This document shows positions 1 through 8,733 of a DNA stretch of 64,000 bases, piece by piece. The notes below the pieces were generated by a model. It was given only the letters and a program-made list of their open reading frames with translations, made no database searches and had not been told where the DNA came from. The position numbers and the translations under genes are program-made. The stretch covers positions 1-64,000 of the IMG/VR virus record IMGVR_UViG_3300038412_000083. One strand, written 5' to 3'. Position 1 is the stretch's first letter, and the number at the start of each line of letters is the position of its first letter. The stretch comes from a virus. Taxonomy: Duplodnaviria > Caudoviricetes.

Positions 1-261
1 TGAATTGCTGGCCGCTCCGCTGTAACCTGAATTGCTGGCCGCTCCGTTGTAACCTGAATTGCTGGCCGCTCCGCCGTCACCTGAATTGCTGGCCGCTCCG
101 CTGTAACCTGAATTGCTGGCCGCTCCGTTGTAACCTGAATTGCTGGCCGCTCCGCCGTCACCTGAATTGCTGGCCGCTCCGCTGTAACCTGAATTGCTGG
201 CCGCTCCGCTGTAACCTGAATTGCTGGCCGCTCCGTTGTAACCTGAATTGCTGGCCGCTCC
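1..261 (-). repeat. 27-bp coding tandem repeat, about 9.7 units
   Basis: Unit tgaattgctggccgctccg(c/t)(t/c)gt(a/c)acc encodes G(Y/D)(S/N/G)GAASNS on the minus strand; no spacers. Confidence 0.95.
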
Positions 262-654
262 TCTGTCTAATTTGTTTGTGGCGCAAGTGTTATATTCTTC
301 GTTTACTTTTTCTTTAGATTTCTTAATTCTTGAAAAAGTAAAATCAATAGCAGCTTTGATGAGTGAATGAAGATTTATTTCAGCATTAACTTTAAGGTGT
401 GATGAACAAACTTTGCTATCATCCGTATGCCTCTCTATTTCCCCGTAAGCCTCTACCTCTGCAAACCTGCTATTATTCGCATTGTAGTACCTAAGAACAT
501 CGAGTGGATATTCGCAACTATGAAGACCAGAGGCACATACTTTAATTTTCCAATTATGAATAAATTCTTTTCCAACTTCATATTGCATATCACGGCATTT
601 GAAATCTTTATCAAATGCTTTATAGGCGTTTAGTTTTTCGTTTTCTTTTTTCAT
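1..654 (-). CDS. Phage protein with N-terminal YKAFDKDFKCR domain (DUF7666-like) and C-terminal GxxGAASNS repeats; runs off the window
   Basis: Absent from the ORF track. Manual translation from ATG at 654: MKKENEKLNAYKAFDKDFKCRDMQYEVGKEF...VCASGLHSCEYPLDVLRYY...DSKVCSS...GAASNSGYNGAASNS; open to position 1. Confidence 0.85.
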   Translation of the reverse strand, partial: MKKENEKLNAYKAFDKDFKCRDMQYEVGKEFIHNWKIKVCASGLHSCEYPLDVLRYYNANNSRFAEVEAYGEIERHTDDSKVCSSHLKVNAEINLHSLIKAAIDFTFSRIKKSKEKVNEEYNTCATNKLDRGAASNSGYNGAASNSGYSGAASNSGYSGAASNSGDGGAASNSGYNGAASNSGYSGAASNSGDGGAASNSGYNGAASNSGYSGAASNS

Positions 655-656
655 GA

Positions 657-935
657 TTAGTCGTTTTCGATGTCAATTAAATTTTCTTCTTTTGCTGCCA
701 TTTCCTCGGCATATACTTCGCTCCAGTTTATTTGATCAATGATTTTATTGAACTCAGGAACAGTTTCAAAAACGTCGGTTAAGTCGGTGAAGATTGTTTT
801 TCTGGCATTCCATGATTGCACCTTTTCAAGTGAATAGGTTTGGTCTTCAGGATTGTAGTTTACTTCGATGTCGATTGAATTTTGAAAGCCGTAAGAATCT
901 TTTTTTGTTTCCCAGCTTTTAGTTAACTTGCACAT
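657..935 (-). CDS. Hypothetical phage protein
   Basis: 92-aa ORF directly upstream of the 654 ATG. Confidence 0.7.
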   Translation of the reverse strand: MCKLTKSWETKKDSYGFQNSIDIEVNYNPEDQTYSLEKVQSWNARKTIFTDLTDVFETVPEFNKIIDQINWSEVYAEEMAAKEENLIDIEND

Positions 936-984
936 TATTTACTGATTTTAGTTTTTATTAATGCCCTGTTCATGCAGGGTGTTT

Positions 985-1164
985 TTATTTTATTAAGTAC
1001 CTTGTTTTGCGCCGATCATCAACAACCTTTTCCATCCTCATTTTGCTTTCACTTTTCTTTCGTGCTGGTTTGTCGGCCAACATTGCATCTATCTCAGCAG
1101 CGTAACTTTTAAATGTTGCGGCCATGTTGCGTAACTTGTTTTCTATTTCGGTAGGGGTTGGCAT
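985..1164 (-). CDS. Hypothetical protein, 59 aa
   Basis: Manual: MPTPTEIENKLRNMAATFKSYAAEIDAMLADKPARKK...; TAATG overlap with the upstream stop. Confidence 0.65.
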   Translation of the reverse strand: MPTPTEIENKLRNMAATFKSYAAEIDAMLADKPARKKSESKMRMEKVVDDRRKTRYLIK

Positions 1165-1604
1165 TAGGCTGGTAATTTTGTTTTATCAATTGCTAATCCG
1201 GCTTCTATTAAACCGAATAAGTCAAAGTATTTTGAAAGAAGGTATATGAAGGTTTCAGGAGAAAATTCCCAGTCATAATTAGTTTCAAGAAAACCCCAGT
1301 CCGTTCCTTGTATATTCTCTTTTTCTTCCTCTGTCATATCACTTAAAGGGCGAAGCAGTAATTTAAAATCTTTTAAATCCCATAAGGCAATATGACAATT
1401 TTCAAATGTTACACCATAAGGCCAACCTTCGCTTTCTTCTCCACCGTTAATTTGAAAATCGCCTTCATTAATTAAAGATAATTTTCCAATGCTATTAATT
1501 GCCGGAGGATCATAGCTGTCATCTCCGTAATCTTCGCTAATGTCATTTATTAATAACACATCACATCCTAAATACAAGTGGTAATCTTTAAATTCTTTTT
1601 CCAT
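1164..1604 (-). CDS. Conserved Bacteroidetes phage protein (LRPLSDMT motif)
   Basis: Likely start MEKEFKDY at 1604, which avoids overlap with the cro-like gene; motif FKLLLRPLSDMTEEE. Confidence 0.7.
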   Translation of the reverse strand: MEKEFKDYHLYLGCDVLLINDISEDYGDDSYDPPAINSIGKLSLINEGDFQINGGEESEGWPYGVTFENCHIALWDLKDFKLLLRPLSDMTEEEKENIQGTDWGFLETNYDWEFSPETFIYLLSKYFDLFGLIEAGLAIDKTKLPA

Positions 1605-1638
1605 TGAAAATTTATTTGGTATTATTAAATATTTAATA

Positions 1639-1854
1639 TTAATTTTGGATTTGGAGCGCTTCACGAATTTTAGTTACTGTGTGTTCGCTGCCAGATCCAA
1701 CCTGTCTAACCCTAGCTAATACATTACGATCTATGCCAATTTTCAAAGCACAATCCACTTCCGTTGGGAAACTTTTATAAAATCTGGTCAGTCTCTTTTT
1801 CTCATCCTGTGAAAGTTTAATTGATCTTTTTGGAGGACTTATTGTAGTATTCAT
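1639..1854 (-). CDS. Cro-like HTH regulator
   Basis: Start MNTTISPP at 1854; HTH-like EVDCALKIGIDRNVLARV; divergent from the repressor-like gene. Confidence 0.6.
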   Translation of the reverse strand: MNTTISPPKRSIKLSQDEKKRLTRFYKSFPTEVDCALKIGIDRNVLARVRQVGSGSEHTVTKIREALQIQN

Positions 1855-1881
1855 CTTTTGTACTATTTTTGATTTGCTTAG

Positions 1882-1960
1882 CAAAGATAATACAAATATT
1901 GTATCATGCAACAAAAAATGTATTTATTTTTCGCATAATTAAAAATTTAAGATACAGATA
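1882..1960. promoter_or_regulatory. Divergent switch region with leftward -7 element and operator-like near-palindrome
   Basis: TATCTTTG on the minus strand at 1882-1889 (Bacteroidetes TAnnTTTG), overlapped by near-palindrome ATACAAATATTGTAT. Confidence 0.55.
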
Positions 1961-1995
1961 ATGTTTCTTTTGTTTCATTAGATAAAATCTAACAA

Positions 1996-2415
1996 ATGAC
2001 CCAAAGTAAAGAGAGATTGATTAATATTTACGAAGATTGTAAGAAGCAAAGAATTGTGCTAAACCAGGCTGAGTTTGCAAAAGCTGTAGGATTTAGCCGG
2101 GCCCACTTATTTAAAAAGATGGAAGATATACCTGAAAAGATTATAGACAGGGCAATGAAATTACTTGCAACTGTAAATGTTGCCAATGAAACTAAAGATG
2201 TAATTTCTAAATCAGGTGATGCAGGTGAAGAAATAAGCAGATTGATAGAGCTTTCAATAAAACACCAGGCAGCGTTAGATGTTTTGCAACTGGTAATTGA
2301 GGACATTGTGGCTTCGGTAAAAGACAAGTCAATTGCTCTCGTATCGGATGAGATTCACGAAGCGGTAAAGAATCGGGCTGACAGGCTTTACGACGAATAT
2401 TCAAAGAAACGGTGA
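1996..2415 (+). CDS. cI-like XRE-family repressor
   Basis: N-terminal HTH LNQAEFAKAVGFSRAHL; divergent from the cro-like gene; close to the integrase. Confidence 0.7.
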   Translation: MTQSKERLINIYEDCKKQRIVLNQAEFAKAVGFSRAHLFKKMEDIPEKIIDRAMKLLATVNVANETKDVISKSGDAGEEISRLIELSIKHQAALDVLQLVIEDIVASVKDKSIALVSDEIHEAVKNRADRLYDEYSKKR

Positions 2416-2805
2416 TTTTTTTACTCATAGATTTTTCTTTAAAGCAGTTATAAATTCTTTAGCAATTTAAAACTAAATATTTTAGTTATCAAAAATTAAT
2501 TTTGGGGGAAAAATTAGCTTTGGCAAAGTAAATATTTTTTCTAAAACAAAAGAATTTATTTTGGTAAATAAAAAATGCCCGTGTTATCGGGCAGGGGAGG
2601 GCTAAAAAGTATGGAAGTACTAAGCGTACCAAAATTCTTTATTTAGAATAAACTTTTCTAAAATAGCATCATACTCACAATGTACCTCTTCATTGTCATA
2701 TCCTTCACTCTGCAATACTTTTATTAAATCTTCAATTTGTTTTTTCATAATTTCATTTTAAATTTATTCTATCAACAATAGGCTGTATTAATTTCTTAGC
2801 TTTGA

Positions 2806-3102
2806 TTACGTGCTTGGAGTAGGTTGTTTATAATCTTCACATTCATTAATACTATCAATATCCGCATAACTCCATTTACCTAAATATCCTAATTGGCAGT
2901 CAAAGATATTTTCGCCTTCGTTCCAATATAAATAAATACAACTGCGACAAGAGTGCTCAGTAAATAAATCCCTTTCCATCTGTTCGTACATTTCCTTCTC
3001 GATTGCCTTTTCTTGGTCTTTATTCATGTGTTCCTGTTTATCGTAGTAGGCATTTACTTCATCTTCGAAATGCTCTTGGCTTCCGATATATTCCTTTGAC
3101 AT
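2806..3102 (-). CDS. Hypothetical protein with CxxCxY...C Cys cluster
   Basis: 98 aa; CRSCIYLY...C...C. Confidence 0.65.
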   Translation of the reverse strand: MSKEYIGSQEHFEDEVNAYYDKQEHMNKDQEKAIEKEMYEQMERDLFTEHSCRSCIYLYWNEGENIFDCQLGYLGKWSYADIDSINECEDYKQPTPST

Positions 3103-3107
3103 TGTTT

Positions 3108-3257
3108 TTAGTTTTTAGTTTTATTAATTATTTTTTTTATTACAGTTTCGCAGAAGTTCTTCCGGCTGCGATCCTCTGCCTTAGCCAGTTTATCTAATTC
3201 TTTAACCTCTTTTGGCTCTAAATGAATTTCAATTCTTACTTTATCTTTCATACGACA
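3108..3257 (-). CDS. Ribbon-helix-helix (CopG/Arc-like) regulator
   Basis: MKDKVRIEIHLEPKEVKELDKLAKAEDRSRKNFCETVIKK shows the RHH pattern. Confidence 0.75.
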   Translation of the reverse strand, partial: CRMKDKVRIEIHLEPKEVKELDKLAKAEDRSRKNFCETVIKKIINKTKN

Positions 3258-3447
3258 AAGTACCGATTTATTTACGATACGACCAAATTTATTTTTCACT
3301 TCATTTTATAACATTGCCACAGCGCCATTTTATAACTTTTACCATGGTATTTTTTTTATAAGTTTGAGCCCATGGCTAAAGCCCCGTTCAGTAAAGGTTT
3401 TAAAGGTTTTTATAGTAAAAAGTAGCCACTTTGAGCCCATGGTTACA

Positions 3448-3675
3448 GGGTCACAAAAAGGGTAACAAAATGTCGCAAATATTGCCTAAAATTGCGACAA
3501 GATAAAAAATTATTATGCTGAAAATCAAACGGTTAGTAAAATGAAAATATACTGCCTTACGCTTCCCAAGCTGTCACCACTACCCTCTTTTAATCTCTCA
3601 AACTCAATACCAGTAAGGCTTTCAGTTATTTCCAAAATGGAACATACTCAAAGGGTAACAAAAAGGGTAACAAAA
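3448..3675. mobile_element. Putative attP: core GCTTCCCAAGCTG (3561-3573) flanked by tandem arm sites
   Basis: AGGGT(A/C)ACAAAA tandem pairs at 3448-3470 and 3651-3675 bracket a core identical to a tRNA-Gly(CCC) anticodon loop; integrase lies 1 kb downstream. Confidence 0.65.
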
Positions 3676-3717
3676 TATATTTGGTTTGAATTGGAATAAT
3701 TAATAGTTTTGATAAAC

Positions 3718-3850
3718 TGTTAGGCGAGTGTGTGGCGGAATAAGACGCAAGGGATATGAGCAGTTCACTATTAATGCGCATAAATAGATGATGCCCTGTC
3801 GCAAATGACTAACCATGTAGGTAATCAATCCTACCATAATCGCCTAACAA
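3718..3850 (+). ncRNA. tRNA-like RNA (class II, Leu/Ser-like) with expanded anticodon arm
   Basis: Closing stem TGTTAGGCGA/TCGCCTAACA; D-arm-like GTGGCGGAATAAGACGC; T-arm-like GTAGG-TAATCAAT-CCTAC; variable arm GTC-GCAAAT-GAC; no CCA. Confidence 0.6.
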
Positions 3851-3874
3851 TTTTTAAAACTAAAAACTGAAATC

Positions 3875-4282
3875 ATGTCAAACGAAATTTTAGAAAGCAA
3901 TAAACTGATTGCTAAATTTATGGGTAAAAAAATAATAAACAACTGGGTTCAACTTGTAGATAAATACAATGGTGAATACGATATTTCTCTTTTAAAATAT
4001 CATTCAGATTGGAATCAGTTAATGCCAGTGGTTGAAAAAATTGAAAAGGATATTTCAAAAGAACCTTACTACGGTTTTACGGTTAGAATCGCAGATAGAT
4101 GTTGTTTAATCGCTTGTCATGAAAGAAATAAACAAGATGGAGTTATTTATCAAACTCCGTGGGGGTTTAGGCCACTTCTAAAAATACAGGCTGTTTGGCT
4201 TGCGGTAGTTGAATTTATTAATTGGTACAATGCTAATAAAGTTCCTGATACCATTACAAACGAACTACAACCCGCTCAATAA
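3875..4282 (+). CDS. Conserved Bacteroidetes phage protein (NKLIAKFMG...YHSDWNQLMPVVEKIE)
   Basis: Recurrent phage motif; AT-rich initiation region. Confidence 0.75.
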   Translation: MSNEILESNKLIAKFMGKKIINNWVQLVDKYNGEYDISLLKYHSDWNQLMPVVEKIEKDISKEPYYGFTVRIADRCCLIACHERNKQDGVIYQTPWGFRPLLKIQAVWLAVVEFINWYNANKVPDTITNELQPAQ

Positions 4283-4334
4283 AACTAAAAACAAGGTACT
4301 ATAAGTACCGAAATGGATTAATTAATAAACTAAA

Positions 4335-4664
4335 ATGGGAAATATACTTTGTGCTGCTATTTGGTATAAAGAACTTGATAAGATGTCTGATAAATGGGTT
4401 CCTAATGTTGAAGGGTTTATGCGCCCTAAAAACATTGATAAAGGAATTGTAATTTGCGGATATAGGCATCCAAGTTGTATGTACACAATGATTGCTATTA
4501 CCGGAAAAAGAAGTGTTACTGTTGAGTGTGGCGAATACGTACAAGGATTTCTTACTTCTGATAATAGATTTGTTGATAGAGAAGAAGCCGCTAAGATATT
4601 TATTGATAACGGAGGTAAATTGCAATATTCTGCAATAGAATTATTTTCTGAAGATTTATATTAA
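4335..4664 (+). CDS. Conserved phage protein (GFLTSDNRFVDREEA motif)
   Basis: Motifs CAAIWY, GYRH and QGFLTSDNRFVDREEA. Confidence 0.75.
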   Translation: MGNILCAAIWYKELDKMSDKWVPNVEGFMRPKNIDKGIVICGYRHPSCMYTMIAITGKRSVTVECGEYVQGFLTSDNRFVDREEAAKIFIDNGGKLQYSAIELFSEDLY

Positions 4665-4674
4665 AACTAATCCA

Positions 4675-5910
4675 ATGCAACCACTCCCCAATAATTGCAG
4701 AATAGGTAAATTCTCCGTGTCACCAAAAAACTGGCAATCATCCGCTGCTAAGGTGAATGTGAAATGGAGAATCGTTTATTGGTTTTACGACGATAATTTG
4801 AAACAAAAACGACAGGTTCCCATCAAAGGAATGAACCGGTTTGAAACTTTAAAAGAAAAGCAAGATGCCGTCCGGGCACTAATTAAGGATGAACTTGAGT
4901 CGATAAAGGCCGGTTACAATCCAATAAACAAGAAAGTAGTACAGGAATCGGAAATAAACAAGTTTACAGGGCTTCTAAATGCACTGAATTACGCCTTTGC
5001 TTGTCATAGTTCAGAAATGGATAAGCGAACAACTACCGACGTTAAAAACGTTCTTAAATACATCTTTATCGCAATTCGCGATTTGCGATATGAACACCTG
5101 CCTATCTCTCAGATTGAGCCTATGCACATCAAATTTATTTTAGATGCCTGCGGTGAGATAAAAACTTACACTGATCAGAAAGGGAACGTAAAGCCGCGCG
5201 CCTGGGGGCCATATCAATTTAATCGTTACCGGACTTATCTGTCCTTACTCACGGGACATTTGATTGATAAATTTTTAATAAATACTAACCCGGTTCGTGA
5301 AGTAAGGAAACAGCAGCAATTAATTAAGATCAGGGAAACCGTTACAAAAGATCAAAGACAAAAATTACAGGAAATTAACACCGAGGAACTATACACTTTC
5401 TTTCGGTTCATAAATATTTACTTTCACTCAAACCGCCGGATTACAGAATTACTGGCAGTGAAAAAAGAAAGCGTACGTTTAGAAAATCAAAAGTTCAAGG
5501 TGACAATGAGAAAAGGAAAGAAGTCAAAAGAAATTTGGGCAACAATAGAAGGACCTGCTTTACCTTTTTGGGAGGAAATTTGCTCTGAAGCTGAACCAAA
5601 TCAGTACCTTTTCGGGCTTGATCTCAAACCACAATTTAGGGATAAACCAGCATCAGGGGAAATAGTTGGTAAACGATGGAAACGGCACGTAAAAGATAAG
5701 TTAGGAATTACGGCGGATCTTGCCAGTTTGAGACATACCCACGCCGACGAACTTGCAGAATTATATAGTAAGATAGGAGGCGCAAAAGAAGCTATTAAGG
5801 AAGTGCAAAAGGATATGGATCATTCAACCCCTGTTATTACTATGCGTTATTTACCAGGGCAGGAAGAAAGGAATCATGAAGAAGCGAAGAAAGTAAATAG
5901 TAAATTATAA
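4675..5910 (+). CDS. int: Tyrosine integrase
   Basis: Catalytic motifs RRITELL, ASLRHT, DMDHS and TMRY; N-terminal arm-binding-like region; adjacent attP-like site. Confidence 0.9.
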   Translation: MQPLPNNCRIGKFSVSPKNWQSSAAKVNVKWRIVYWFYDDNLKQKRQVPIKGMNRFETLKEKQDAVRALIKDELESIKAGYNPINKKVVQESEINKFTGLLNALNYAFACHSSEMDKRTTTDVKNVLKYIFIAIRDLRYEHLPISQIEPMHIKFILDACGEIKTYTDQKGNVKPRAWGPYQFNRYRTYLSLLTGHLIDKFLINTNPVREVRKQQQLIKIRETVTKDQRQKLQEINTEELYTFFRFINIYFHSNRRITELLAVKKESVRLENQKFKVTMRKGKKSKEIWATIEGPALPFWEEICSEAEPNQYLFGLDLKPQFRDKPASGEIVGKRWKRHVKDKLGITADLASLRHTHADELAELYSKIGGAKEAIKEVQKDMDHSTPVITMRYLPGQEERNHEEAKKVNSKL

Positions 5911-5983
5911 CGGCCAATAAATGAACAAATGTTGAGGATTTGCACTTTCAGCCCCCGTAGCAGAAAACCGATTGTTATGCGTT
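5904..5983 (+). mobile_element. Right half of an attC-like site
   Basis: ...CAGCCCCCGTAGCAGAAAACCGATT-GTTATGCGTT ends in a GTTRRRY core. Confidence 0.6.
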
Positions 5984-6013
5984 GTTTTTTTTCATTAATA
6001 AAAATAAAAAAGT

Positions 6014-6343
6014 ATGAATAAGTTAGAAATTAATTACAAGTACAAGGTTGGTCAGGTTGTATTTTTTATGTACAAAAACGAAATTAGAAAAGGGATTGTT
6101 GCAAGTATCTCGATTAGCATTGAATCTAAAACTATTGCAACGTATTTGACAAAGAAAATAATTGATAAAGTGATTTCAATATTTGATAAAGATTATCCCT
6201 TTGAAAAAATTTGTATTAGGTATTCACTTGACCTTGTTTCTAAGAGTGGGGATTTTGAATCATCTCCACATTTATTATTTGAGTACGATGTTTATGATAC
6301 TAAAAATGCTATAGTTGAGACATTGGCTTCAAATAACGCATAA
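6014..6343 (+). CDS. Cassette-borne hypothetical protein (SH3-like N-terminus)
   Basis: Bracketed by GTTATGCGTT (5974-5983) and its reverse complement AACGCATAAC (6335-6344), which contains the stop codon. Confidence 0.75.
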   Translation: MNKLEINYKYKVGQVVFFMYKNEIRKGIVASISISIESKTIATYLTKKIIDKVISIFDKDYPFEKICIRYSLDLVSKSGDFESSPHLLFEYDVYDTKNAIVETLASNNA

Positions 6344-6554
6344 CTCTCTCATTGGCGCTACAGAATTTCACAGCATATTGATTACCAATGATATTGTGAA
6401 ATTATGCAATAAATCCAATTATTGCGTAAAAGTGCAATTTTCCAGTAAAACCGATTTTAAGTAAAATGTTTTCCAATAACTTTAATTATACATGATATCG
6501 GCCTCATGTCGAAAATTGAGGATAAATTATACATGAAAAAAAGTACCGAAATTA

Positions 6555-6815
6555 TTAAGCCCAGTCTGTATCTCTCATAAACTTTCTTTTTTCTTTTGCA
6601 CGATTGTATTTGTTTGGAGAACACATTAGACATGAGCAAGGTGTCGAAGTGGTTCTATAACAGGTCTGCCCATTATCTTTCACTATATCAATCCATTTTG
6701 GGTTTCTTATATATTCGCCGTTTCTATTAACGTAAATATCTAAATTACGAGCATAACGCTTAATTCTTTTTGTGAACTTTAATTTTTTAAGTTCATTTCT
6801 TCTTGCTTTATTCAT
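6555..6815 (-). CDS. Basic phage protein with PCSCxxC motif
   Basis: TSTPCSCLMCSPNKYNR, possibly Zn-binding; TATCTTTG -7 element at 6889-6896. Confidence 0.7.
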   Translation of the reverse strand: MNKARRNELKKLKFTKRIKRYARNLDIYVNRNGEYIRNPKWIDIVKDNGQTCYRTTSTPCSCLMCSPNKYNRAKEKRKFMRDTDWA

Positions 6816-6971
6816 TTGAAAACGTGCTGCGAATTGTGCAGCTACCGTTTTCCTAATATTGTGTCTTTCATAAAAAGATTTTTAAGTAATGCAAAGATAA
6901 TAAAATTCAATACAAAAAAGCCCCTGTAAAAACAAGGGCAATTAAACTAAAACTAAACCACATGAAAAAAA

Positions 6972-7280
6972 CTATTGCTTTGTTTTTTCAAATTCATATA
7001 ACCTATCAGAAAATGCCTCCACAAAATCTTCATCCCACTTTAATTTGTGATTCATAGAGTGCAAGATTTGGTGAACTAATTCGTGATAAAATGTTTTCTC
7101 TTTATCTGTTTTTTTTAAAACCCTTCCTTTCCAATCCCGGTGACAAAGGATGATCATTCCCTCTGTAAAATCTGCCTCTCCCCAAAATTTATAATCTTTC
7201 AAATACTCGTCATCAACAATTACCACAACGGTTTTTTTGTTGAGTTTGAATTTTTCCGGTATGAGAAAAGAGTTATTCAT
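6972..7280 (-). CDS. Small zincin-like metallopeptidase
   Basis: TFYHELVHQILH HExxH motif followed by DEDFVE. Confidence 0.7.
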   Translation of the reverse strand: MNNSFLIPEKFKLNKKTVVVIVDDEYLKDYKFWGEADFTEGMIILCHRDWKGRVLKKTDKEKTFYHELVHQILHSMNHKLKWDEDFVEAFSDRLYEFEKTKQ

Positions 7281-7522
7281 TCATCTTCCATTAGGAGTTG
7301 ATTCATTAAAAATTCATCCGGCCTTACATCTATTTTTTTTCTTCCCATTTGGCCATCATTAATTCTTATAGCATTGGCCCGTCTTAACTTTTTACCCAGT
7401 GATTCTACGATATTAATTTGCTCCTGTTTGTCTAATTTTGCCAACAATTTTTCAATCTTGGCTTTTATATCTGTATCTGCCATTGTGTTTATTCGTTTAT
7501 AGTATGGTTTGTAAAGTGTCAA
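7277..7522 (-). CDS. Hypothetical protein
   Basis: 81 aa; start and stop overlap the neighbouring genes. Confidence 0.65.
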   Translation of the reverse strand: MTLYKPYYKRINTMADTDIKAKIEKLLAKLDKQEQINIVESLGKKLRRANAIRINDGQMGRKKIDVRPDEFLMNQLLMEDE

Positions 7523-8733
7523 AATAAATGTGTTAATCTACTTATTTGCCCGTATTGTGGATGATGAATAAAGCCTTCCATTGCCTGAAATGAACCATCA
7601 AAAGAATTTCTATGATGCCACGAATCGGGCGGCTTTATACTTCTTACGTATTCCACATGAAAAAAATCTTTCGCCGTTGCGCCGGTTCCTGAATTAATTA
7701 CCGATACCGCTTTGCCGTCTTTTTCTAAGGCTATTGCCTGTTTATTCCCTCTCGCCTTTACGTCTTTATGATGCCGGTGGTGCAAATACCAATAAGCATA
7801 CACACTTTCGCTCCATGCTTTCTTAGCTTCCCTTGTCATGCAGTTAGATAGATCAACTTCCTTTGCGCCGTCGCCGTGTGTCATTCCTATTAAATTAACT
7901 CCATACTGTAAATATTTACGATGTGAAGGGCTTATATCAAAAGTCACATTTTTATTATTCCTGAACCACGCTTCTAAACATTGAGCTAAAAAAAATCCGG
8001 TTGCATAATCGTGATTACTTGGGCAATGGATAAAATGAACATTAGCAACTGTGGCGGCCTTTTCTATAATACCTATATTTGCCCATTTAGCTGCCTGAAA
8101 TGCCTCAAACCACATTCCGTCCGTATCTTGCCTGGTCCCGGATGTTGTCGTTCCAAATGGGTTATCTGTGTGTACAATATCATTTCCACCAATAATTACT
8201 ATTTTTTCATGATTATAAAAAGCGCCTTTATTCAAAAGTCCTTCAAACCCTTCGTTATATCTTTTTGTTGCTATGTTTAAATTATAAGCTTCGCTTGTTT
8301 CTTCTTTGCTTGCATACGCCCCGAAATGAGGATCAGCGGGATCAATTACGAATAAAGAACTATCTTTTAATTTTGGCCTTTTTAATGTCGGGTATTTTGG
8401 AGCATATTTCTTAACGTCTGCAATTAGTTCATTTTTTACTATTTCAAAATCTACTAATTTATTCTTTGCAAATATTGAAAAGTGTTTGCCTTTATGCCAA
8501 TAATGATTAATGTCATTAACTGGTATTCCCACCGATTCTGCCTCTTTTTTTAAGGCTTCATGCTCACTATGTAATTGGCTTCCAAAGCCCATTCCCTTAT
8601 TAGGCAATTCCAATCTTCCTACCCCTCTTTTTCTTACCGATTCGGAAGATAATCCACACATTTTTCCGATTTCCTTATTCGTTTTTAAAAGCCAATTTTC
8701 AGTTATTACTTTATCAATCTCGGCTGGTAGCAT
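7519..8733 (-). CDS. Calcineurin-like metallophosphoesterase with N-terminal HTH
   Basis: DPHFG, GGND, SNHD, THGD and HRHH motifs; N-terminal TNKEIGKMCGLSSESVRK HTH. Confidence 0.8.
   Translation of the reverse strand: MLPAEIDKVITENWLLKTNKEIGKMCGLSSESVRKRGVGRLELPNKGMGFGSQLHSEHEALKKEAESVGIPVNDINHYWHKGKHFSIFAKNKLVDFEIVKNELIADVKKYAPKYPTLKRPKLKDSSLFVIDPADPHFGAYASKEETSEAYNLNIATKRYNEGFEGLLNKGAFYNHEKIVIIGGNDIVHTDNPFGTTTSGTRQDTDGMWFEAFQAAKWANIGIIEKAATVANVHFIHCPSNHDYATGFFLAQCLEAWFRNNKNVTFDISPSHRKYLQYGVNLIGMTHGDGAKEVDLSNCMTREAKKAWSESVYAYWYLHHRHHKDVKARGNKQAIALEKDGKAVSVINSGTGATAKDFFHVEYVRSIKPPDSWHHRNSFDGSFQAMEGFIHHPQYGQISRLTHLF

Noticed and set aside
1-261. CRISPR array
   Set aside because: Units are contiguous with no unique spacers and are in frame within a protein.
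4675-5910. Integrase as an integron IntI
   Set aside because: At 411 aa with an arm-binding-type N-terminus and attP arm repeats nearby, it is a prophage-type integrase; no IntI-specific motifs recognised.
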